Shown: positions 52,094 through 64,000 of the stretch, in pieces | How positions within the stretch are numbered: the stretch's first letter is position 1 | Layout of the letters: each line of letters starts with the position of its first letter | Origin: Eledone cirrhosa | Taxonomy: Eukaryota | Assembly (NCBI GenBank): GCA_964016885.1 | Contig: OZ024754.1 | Location: forward strand, 682,001 to 746,000 | DNA: 64,000 bases | Direction of reading: 5' to 3' | The notes under the pieces: generated by a model | Told to the model about the DNA's origin: nothing | What the model saw: the letters and a program-made list of their open reading frames with translations, nothing else | Databases searched by the model: none | Made by a program: the position numbers and the translations under genes

Positions 52094-52723
52094 CATATAT
52101 ATATATACATATACATATATATATATACATATATATATACATATATATATATACATATATATATATATACATATATATATATACATATATATATATACAT
52201 ATATATATATACATATATATATATATACATATATATATATACATATATATATACATATATATATATATACATATATACATATATATATATATACATATAT
52301 ATATATACATATATATATACATATATATATATACATATATATATATACATATATATACATATATATATACATATATATACATATATATATACATATATAT
52401 ATACATATATATATACATAAATATATACATATATATATACATATATATATACATATATATATACATATATATATACATATATATATACATATATATATAC
52501 ATATATATATATACATATATATATACATATATATATACATATATATATACATATATATATACATATATATATACATATATATGTACATATATACATACAT
52601 ATATACATACATATATACATACATATATACATACATATATACATACATATATACATACATATATACATACATACATACATACATACATACATACATACAT
52701 ACATACATACATACATACATACA

Positions 52724-52759
<36 letters not shown>

Positions 52760-52870
52760 TACATATATATACATATATATACATATATATATACATATAT
52801 ATACATATATATATACATATATATATACATATATATATACATATATATATACATATATATATACATATAT
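49741..52870. repeat. (TA)n/(TACA)n microsatellite, ~3.1 kb
   Basis: Direct reading. Confidence 0.97.
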
Positions 52871-53476
52871 GGTGGCTGCCAACTCGTTTTCGAGTACGGC
52901 CACTACTTTATATCCATGTAGGAGAACCCCTACTGATGCGCTGAACGAGTGTGACTTTTTAGTCCAGCCAGCGACTTGAAAGCTCTGGTACAAACACTAC
53001 ACTTGTGACAATTATTGACACATAGTGCTGGGCCCATGGTACCATGTGACGACAAATGCAGAGAGATCTCCAGATATAAAGCAATGCCTGTGCCGTGAAG
53101 CTTTTATAGTGAGCAAAGGCACTGCACAAAGCCAGTCCCACTCTCTTAACCAAGATGATATTTACCAAAAAGAAGAACAAGTCAACATCATTGGATACCA
53201 TCAGGGTTGCAGGTGTTATATCAGTTTTCCTTCTCCTAGAATTCTGCCTTGACAAAGGCTAAGGGGTCATCTCTCCCGGTGATTTTGGATGGCCATTGAC
53301 TCTTAAGAGCTCCTTTGCCTTTTGACAGGTTTTGTTTTTAGTCCTGCAGGATGTCCAAAGTCACCCTCCTCACCAAGAAACCTTGGTGGGGTTGCCAGTT
53401 TAGTCGCCAACGACCCGACCATGGGACAGGTTGTACTGGAATACATGTTACCAGTAGCACCAACTGGTGACCTGAC
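52871..53476 (-). mobile_element. Bipartite RTE-derived element, copy 3
   Basis: Same termini as copy 2. Confidence 0.8.
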
Positions 53477-53518
53477 ATATATACATATACATATACATAT
53501 ATATATACATATATATAT

Positions 53519-53971
53519 GGTGGCTGCCAACTCGTTTTCGAGTACGGCCACTACTTTATATCCATGTAGGAGAACCCCTACCGATGCGCTGAACGAGTGA
53601 CTTTTTAGTCCAACCAGCGACTTGAAAACTCTGGTACAAACACTACACTTGTGACAATTATTGACACATAGTGCTGGGCCCATGGTACCATGTGACGACA
53701 AGTGCAGATAGATCTCCAGATATAAAGCAATGCCTGTGCTGTGAAGCTTTTATAGTGAGCAAAGGCACTGCACAAAGCCAGTCCCACTCTCTTAACCAAG
53801 ATGATATTTACCAAAAAGAAGAACAAGTCAACATCATTGGATACCATCAGGGTTGCAGGTGTTATGTCAGAGTTTTCTTCCTCCTAGAATTCTGCCTTGA
53901 CAAAGGCTAAGGGGTCATCTCTCCCGGTGATTTTGGCTGGCCATTGACTCTTAAGAGCTCCTTTGCCCTTT
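53519..53971 (-). mobile_element. Bipartite RTE-derived element, copy 4 (5'-truncated)
   Basis: Same 3' terminus as copies 2 and 3. Confidence 0.8.
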
Positions 53972-54223
53972 ATATATACATATATATATACATATATATA
54001 TACATATATATATACATATATATATACATATATATATACATATATATATACATATATATATACATATATATATATACATATATATATACATACATATATA
54101 CATATATATATACATACATATATATATACATACATATATATCTATGTATATATATATATACATATATATATACATATATATATACATATATATACATATA
54201 TATACATATATATATACATATAT

Positions 54224-54268
<45 letters not shown>

Positions 54269-54601
54269 CATATACATATATATATATATACATATATATA
54301 TACATATATATATACATATATATATACATATATATATACATATATATATACATATATATACATATATATATATATATACATATATATATACATATATATA
54401 TATACATATATATATACATATATATATACATATATATATACATATATATATACATATATATATACATATATATATACATATATATATACATATATATACA
54501 TACATATATACATATATATATACATATATATATACATATATATATACATACATATATATATACATACATATATATATACATATATATATACATATATATA
54601 C

Positions 54602-54662
<61 letters not shown>

Positions 54663-55000
54663 CATACATATATATGTATGTATATATATATATACATACA
54701 TATATACATATATATGTATGTATATATATATATATACATACATACATATATATGTATGTATATATATATATATACATACATACATACATACATATATATA
54801 TACATAGATATATATATACATAGATATATATATACATACATACATACATACATATATATATACATAGATATATATATACATAGATATATATATACATAGA
54901 TATATATATACATACATACATACATACATATATATATACATAGATATATATATACATAGATATATATATACATACATATATATATACATACATATATATA

Positions 55001-55034
<34 letters not shown>

Positions 55035-55064
55035 CATACATATATATATACATACATATATATA

Positions 55065-55100
<36 letters not shown>

Positions 55101-55139
55101 CATATATATATACATATATATATATACATATATATATAC

Positions 55140-55184
<45 letters not shown>

Positions 55185-55205
55185 CATATATATATATACA
55201 TATAC

Positions 55206-55236
<31 letters not shown>

Positions 55237-55388
55237 CATATACATATATATATACATATATATATATACATATACATATATATATATATACATATATATA
55301 TATACATATACATATATATATACATATATATATATACATATACATATATATATACATATATATATATACATATATATATATATACATA

Positions 55389-55419
<31 letters not shown>

Positions 55420-55453
55420 ATATATATATACATATATACATATATATATATAC

Positions 55454-55501
<48 letters not shown>

Positions 55502-55603
55502 ATATACATATACATATATATATATATATACATATATATATACATATATATATACATATATATATACATATATATATACATATATATATACATATATATA
55601 TAC

Positions 55604-55670
<67 letters not shown>

Positions 55671-55687
55671 TATATATATATATACAC

Positions 55688-55756
<69 letters not shown>

Positions 55757-55768
55757 CATATATATATA
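53972..55768. repeat. (TA)n/(TACA)n microsatellite
   Basis: Direct reading. Confidence 0.97.
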
Positions 55769-56131
55769 CAGATGGTGGATGGGTGCTACACGAGAATGCT
55801 GAGGATGGCTCTGAACATTAATCAGTATACAGAGGATGAAAAACTCAGAGCTGTATGGGAGCATCCCAAAAGTCAGCTCAAAAGTGACACAGAGAAGACT
55901 GAGGTTGGCTGGACATGCTCACCGACATCCAGAGTTGACATTGCACTCAGTGCTCCTTTGGGAGCCCCTACATGGACACACTGGAAGAGGAAGACCAAGG
56001 TTAACATATGTTGATGCCCTAAGGACAGACACTGGTCTGTTGGAGATGCAGGATATGGCAGCGATAATGAGGGACAGAGACCGCTGGAGAGAACTCGTCC
56101 ATGGATCTCGGGAATTTTACCCGCCTTAGAT
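55769..56131 (+). mobile_element. LINE 3' fragment (family of 48800)
   Basis: [15 protein letters not shown]...[17 protein letters not shown]. Confidence 0.9.
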
Positions 56132-58001
<1,870 letters not shown>

Positions 58002-58022
58002 TATAAACACACACATACATAC

Positions 58023-58066
58023 CAAAAGAGTCAGAACCTCGACGGCTGGGCTCCGGCCGTTTTGAC

Positions 58067-58068
<2 letters not shown>
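58023..58068 (-). CDS. Candidate first coding exon ([15 protein letters not shown]) of an unidentified gene
   Basis: GC-rich island starting at ATG and ending at a G|GTATGT donor; no homology recognised. Confidence 0.3.
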
Positions 58069-58130
<62 letters not shown>

Positions 58131-58169
58131 TAACAGATTAAAGTTTTAGTCTTTCAAATTTATTATTAT

Positions 58170-58212
<43 letters not shown>

Positions 58213-59084
58213 GGTGGTTCCAATAAGAATTCTGACCCATATGAAACCAAGTGAGATCTATTTATAATAAACGAGTTTAGATAGAAATATTTTTGTCTAT
58301 CTTGTTTGTACTCCCATAGAGTTTTGTTCTCAATTTTAATATATAATTTATATATATATATTACACAAAACTTGTAACCGGCAATCATCACGCCACTCCA
58401 CTCTTTTAAATACACAGACACATTACTATATATATGTAAACGTGTCTGTGTATATATATCATATATATTATATATATATATATAATTGTTCTTTTGTATA
58501 AATATTGCATTGAGGACAATTAATAAACATTTTTTATAAGTAGGAAAGCAAATAGCAAACAAATAGTTTAGTCTTTTAGCATCTTCTTGTAATTGAAGAC
58601 GCAGATATTAGCCACTTCGTTTGCAGATCTTATCACTAGTTAAATAATATTTCTACACATAAATATATCCATACTGTTTAATGACAATATCAACATCTTA
58701 TCTTATTGAAAGGTTGTAGGAAATAATTTTTCTTAAAATAAGAATTTCATAGAAAGAAAAAAAAAAAAAATCAAAATAGTTAAAGAAGCAGATGCATCGT
58801 TTCAGGATGATGGCTATAAAATGAGGGTCCTGTTTTATTCTTTCAGTAATTGATTAAATGATCCCCGACTTAACAGTCGGCACGTCAGTTAAGTAAAAAA
58901 GAAGAGAAAGAATTAAAAACTAAAGGCTATAACAATAAAAACAAAAAAAACATGCCCAGCAGAGAAGTTAAAAAAAGAAAAAATAGCTCACAGAAATTGA
59001 AATGTTTTCAATATTTGGTTGATAGGTACTCCTGCTAATCCAGGTGATTGCTGATGCAAAAGGAAATTTGAAGGAAAGAAACAT

Positions 59085-59160
59085 CGAAGAAAGGGGCGGC
59101 CTCTAAAAATATGAAAGCTTCGATAGTGAAGTGGGAAACTCCAATATGGCGGTTATAGCT
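59085..59160. promoter_or_regulatory. Candidate promoter (GC box and YY1 motif)
   Basis: AGGGGCGGC and CAATATGGCGG in unique, CpG-containing sequence. Confidence 0.35.
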
Positions 59161-59705
59161 GAGCAAGAGAGTGAGAGAGAGAGGAGAGAGTGTGTGTTAT
59201 GTAGCTTCTTTTTACCTATAACAGAACAGATATAATACAACACAACACATATATCTCTATTTAAATCACTCGAAGAAATAGATATATAAGCACATACAGG
59301 AAAAAAAAGGCGATCATCTATTTATATGAAAACTGATTATTCTGAAGCTAATTAAAAACATGCATAATGATTATCACTTTTTATGTATTTATTTAAGTTG
59401 GTTTATTATTTTTATGTGTGTGAGTGTTTTTCTGTCGATGTTATTATTATTATAGAAATCGTTTTAGAAAGGCTATGTGTAAGACAAAATACACCAGACA
59501 CATTCCGGCTTACCTCATCATCCAGAACACACAAAAGAACAGTTTGTTGTATATAATAAAATATAAACGTCGTCTTGTTAGAGAGACAAGATTTTGTTTA
59601 CGATCCTAATAAGTCGCCTCACTCTTTAAGAGTGTCTAATCTTTAATGATGATAAATAATATATATGTATATATACAAAGAGAGAGTGAGTGAGTGCTGG
59701 GCAGA

Positions 59706-59742
<37 letters not shown>

Positions 59743-60704
59743 ATGACGGGTGATGCAAGAGTGTGTGTGTGAGTATATATATGTGTGTGTGAATGTGTAT
59801 ATATATGTACATATAGATATATATGTGGGGATGTGTGATGAATGTCAACTATTCTCATATGGTTTAGTAGCAAAAACAACGAAAAGAGAATCGGGGGGGG
59901 GGGGGGTACGTTTTCCTTTTCGACACTCTTAACTTGTTTTAAATATACATGTAGCCTGTCTTTCAATAACTAAATATAGTAGAAAAACATGGGTTGGTCC
60001 GTTTTCCACAACTGTTGACGTAGAAACCAGCCTGTAGACATAATTATATGTAAAATGAAACAAGAATCGGCACAACACACATTTATGCCCATATGTAACG
60101 AAATATATTCATATAGACACAATTTTTTTTTTTTTTTGGGGGGGGGGGTCTTATAAAACAGGAATATCTATATATAGCTAGCTATTCTACATGGATAAGA
60201 GAGAGGTGAACAACAAAGTATTTATTGAGCTATATATGACGAGGTAGGTAGATGTGTGTAGTTAGATAACTGTTTAGTTGAGGCGTGTATTACTTGAAAT
60301 AATCTTGTAGTTGATGTCGGGGATGTACGTAAATGTTGTTTATTTAACCCCATGCTAAATGAATGAACAGATATTCGATCAAAGGCATTCCTGCCATGAC
60401 CAACTCTTCCTATATCTCAAGTAATGCCAGTCTAGGACCACATTATCCAATGTCTCTATCAGGATGTAATTTAAGGGAGATTTGGTCGTTATTTTTGGCC
60501 ATGATGAATGGCTACGTACAATTTACTTAATATATATATATATCAAAAGTAGAACAATACAAACAATTCACAAAGGAAAGTAGAGATTCATTTACCAACA
60601 AGAGTGGAAGTCATATGTCCTTCCAAACATATGTAAAAGAATAAACATGGTTTTGGGCTGAAAGAAGTAAAATGTTTCCATTAATACCCGTGTGTATATA
60701 TAAG

Positions 60705-60812
60705 TCCCGGGTTCAATCGGAGGTAACCCCAGTAAGTAAGGTACTCAATCATTTTGAGAGTATAAACATCGGTGTTTAATATAGAAATGGCTTCTACAGC
60801 ACTAGAACTGTT
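60705..60812 (-). mobile_element. Penelope-type pLTR relic (family of 61408)
   Basis: gtcccgggtt...cagtaagtaaggtactcaat...gcttctacagcactagaactgttt. Confidence 0.5.
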
Positions 60813-60967
60813 TATACATACATACATATATATATGTACATACATTTGTACATTATTCTATGTACTATACATGCACCTTTGATGAGTTGTAGTGCACCTG
60901 AGCACTGTACACAATAATTTCATTATTATTATCATTATTATATATACATACATACATACATATTTAC

Positions 60968-61377
60968 ATGATGATGGCTGCCCCCTCGTAATCAAGTATG
61001 GCCATTGCACGATATACTATTATTAATAATTATTAATTAATTCTATCGTGCAATGCCTGTGCGTGAGGATATTTTTTTAAGTGAGGAAAGACTGTGCACA
61101 GAGCCAATCCCACTCTCTGAGCGACAGTAGCTATAACCCGGAAGAGAAGAAAAGATCAACATCATCGGTAACTACTGAGCCGAAGGTTTTATATCGGTGT
61201 TATCCCAGTTTCCTGAGTTGCCTTCTCCTAGAAGAATGCCCTGACAAAGACTAGGGGTCCTTCACTCACAGTGGTATAACCGCGCGATACATGTGTATAT
61301 GCATATTTACACACTTTTGGATGGCCGTTTGCTCTTATGAGTTCTTCCGCCCTTTGCCAGGTTTTATTTTTTGTCCT
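60968..61377 (-). mobile_element. Diverged relative of the bipartite RTE-derived element
   Basis: Collinear matches (tggctgcc, gcaatgcctgtg, cccactctct, tcaacatcat, ccttctcctagaa, ttttggatggcc); CATCAT tail on the minus strand. Confidence 0.65.
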
Positions 61378-61407
61378 ACACACACACACATATATATATA
61401 TATACGT

Positions 61408-61567
61408 AGGTCCCGGGTTGAGTCGGGGATAACCACAGTAAGTAAGGTACTCAATACATGGCAGAGTAAAATTTTTTTATTTTATAGAAGGAGCTTCTAC
61501 AGGACTAGTACTGTTTCATTCATGAATGAAACAGTACTAGTCCTGTAGAAGCTCCTTCTATAAAATA

Positions 61568-61573
<6 letters not shown>
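61408..61573. repeat. pLTR relic ending in a perfect 102-bp palindrome (61472-61573)
   Basis: No spacer; centre between 61522 and 61523. Confidence 0.85.
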
Positions 61574-61638
<65 letters not shown>

Positions 61639-61641
<3 letters not shown>

Positions 61642-62508
61642 GGTGTGGACGATATTTGGTCGCAATTTTCAACTGCTAATTTTATGCAAATTTTTTTGCT
61701 TCCGTTGTCACTCTTGTCCTCATAAAAACAGTGACTATATTTTCATTATTTATTTTCAGAATAATTGATTATGAATAATTTTGAACCTCCAAATTTGTGG
61801 AAGAGACACGGAGTTCTTCTTGGAATCCGCGCCGGGAGGGCAAATAAGACCAGAAGATCAACTCCCAGAACAACAAGTGGCTCGCTGTCTCATCCAAAGA
61901 CATGCCTAGAGTCATACAGATAAAGTTTCCAGCGACAACATTGGTCTTAGGTGTCGTCAGCAGTCAAGGTGACGTAATGCCACCTCCCTGCTTCCCTGAG
62001 GATCTCAAGCTGAACACCGATGGCTACATCCGCGTTCTGAGCGAAGTAGTAAAGCCCTCGATCGACCAGGTAGCTGCAGGTAGGCCGTACGTGTGGCAGC
62101 AAAACTCAGCGCCCTGCCATACCTGCCTAAAAACCCAAGCCTGGTTGTCAGAGAACTTCGTCGACCTCACTTCCCCTGACATCTGGCCTCCCAGCTAGCC
62201 TGACTGCAATCCCCTCTAATTCTTTCTGTGGGGCGCAGTGTAACGAGACACCAACAGATCTAGCTGAAAGACAATCTGAAGGCCAGGATCACAAGTGCCT
62301 TTAGGGGCCTAAGTCGGGGGACAGTGACAAAGTCCTGTAGCCGGTTTCGAGGCCGTCATCAAAGCCAATGGCAGGTTTATCGAGTGAGATTGAAAGACCA
62401 AGTCATGAAGACAAACTGACCCAAGTTTGATAAATAAATGTTAAAAAACAAAACTACTGTGTTATTTTTTCATAGACAGTAATCATGCGAATAAATATCG
62501 TCCGCACC

Positions 62509-62511
<3 letters not shown>
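61639..62511 (+). mobile_element. Internally deleted maT-like (DD37D) mariner with both TIRs
   Basis: TA|CAGGGTGTGGACGATATTT ... AAATATCGTCCGCACCCTG|TA; VLGVVSSQGD, WQQNSAPCH and WPPS motifs; inserted in (TA)n. Confidence 0.9.
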
Positions 62512-62551
<40 letters not shown>

Positions 62552-62629
62552 TTATATATATATATATATACACACACATATATATACAGATATATATATA
62601 TATATATATACACACACATATATATATAC

Positions 62630-62664
<35 letters not shown>

Positions 62665-62943
62665 TATATATACAGATATATATATATATATATATACACA
62701 AACACATATATATACAGATATATATATATATACACACATATATATACAGATATATATATATATATACACACATATATATATACAGATATATATATATATA
62801 CACACATATATATATACAGATATATATATATATATACACACATATATATATACAGATATATATATATATACACACATATATATATACAGATATATATATA
62901 TATACACACATATATATATACAGATATATATATATATATATAT
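62512..62943. repeat. (TA)n-derived satellite
   Basis: Direct reading. Confidence 0.95.
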
Positions 62944-63385
62944 CTGAGTGAGTCTCTAGGTCAGTGTCCAAGTCTCAGACCCATACAGCAGCACAGACTC
63001 CACTACAGCAATGAAGTGGCGGATTGGTGGATGGGTGCTACACGAGAATGCTGAGGATGGCTCTGAACATTAATCAGTATACAGAGGATGAAAAACTCAG
63101 AGCTGTATGGGAGCATCCCAAAAGTCAGCTCAAAAGTGACACAGAGAAGACTGAGGTTGGCTGGACATGCTCACCGACATCCAGAGTTGACATTGCACTC
63201 AGTGCTCCTTTGGGAGCCCCTACATGGACACACTGGAAGAGGAAGACCAAGGTTAACATATGTTGATGCCCTAAGGACAGACACTGGTCTGTTGGAGATG
63301 CAGGATATGGCAGCAATAATGAGGGACAGAGACCGCTGGAGAGAACTCGTCCATGGATCTCGGGAATTTTACCCGCCTTAGATAG
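62944..63385 (+). mobile_element. LINE 3' fragment with 5' inversion (family of 48800)
   Basis: 62944-63024 is antisense and 63025-63381 is sense; the two pieces are contiguous in LINE coordinates. Confidence 0.88.
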
Positions 63386-63443
63386 ATATATATATATACA
63401 CATATATACAGATATATATATATATATACACATATTTATATAC

Positions 63444-63478
<35 letters not shown>

Positions 63479-63847
63479 TATATATATACAGATATATATA
63501 TACACATACACATATATATATACAGATATATATATATACACATATATATATACAGATATATATATATACACATATATATATACAGATATATATATATACA
63601 CATATATATATACAGATATATATATACACATATATATATACAGATATATATATATACACATATATATATATACAGATATATATATACAGATATATATATA
63701 TACAGATATATATATATACAGATATATATATACAGATATATATATATACACATATATATATACAGATATATATATATACACATATATATATACAGATATA
63801 TATATATATATATATACACACACATATATATATATATATATACACAC

Positions 63848-63894
<47 letters not shown>

Positions 63895-64000
63895 TATATA
63901 CATATATATATACACAGATATATATATATATACACACACATATATATATACAGATATATATACACAGATATATATATATATACACACACATATATATATA
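63386..64000. repeat. (TA)n-derived satellite with CAGATA/CACATA units
   Basis: Direct reading. Confidence 0.95.

Noticed and set aside
48800-53476. A single LINE with its middle replaced by microsatellite (unit 52871-53476 as 5' end, RT 48800-49740 as 3' end)
   Set aside because: The 608-bp unit has its own terminal zinc finger, stop and tail, while the RT fragment ends in a different (TAGA)n tail, so they are separate families.
45504-53971. CRISPR-like repeat-spacer array
   Set aside because: Units are ~600 bp, spacers are microsatellites, the context is eukaryotic and there are no cas genes.

Overview
Eukaryotic, AT-rich, microsatellite-dense animal DNA. Repeat content and protein similarity suggest a mollusc, probably an octopus (inference). 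Positions 399-35123 (+) hold the last 24 coding exons of a USP9X/fat facets deubiquitinase. All introns are GT-AG and exon phases join in frame, running from just after the Cys box through the His box to a long polyQ/polyP terminal exon. The introns and downstream 29 kb contain RTE LINEs (two with a PHD finger inside the RT), an R4/Dong-type LINE fragment, Penelope-like elements with minimal hammerhead ribozyme motifs and inverted pLTR hairpins, tRNA-type SINEs, Tc1/mariner relics, piggyBac and hAT MITEs, a Helitron, a 957-bp foldback element and kb-scale (TA)/(TACA)/(GATA) tracts. Main leads: (i) hammerhead-bearing pLTR hairpins embedded in (TA)n; (ii) a ~608-bp bipartite RTE-derived element arrayed four times between microsatellite spacers; (iii) a LINE family whose three copies are all rearranged at the same site; (iv) unannotated promoter and exon signals at 40.8, 44.9 and 58-59 kb. 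The long Y/I/M/C/V/H/T ORFs in the track are microsatellite artefacts.
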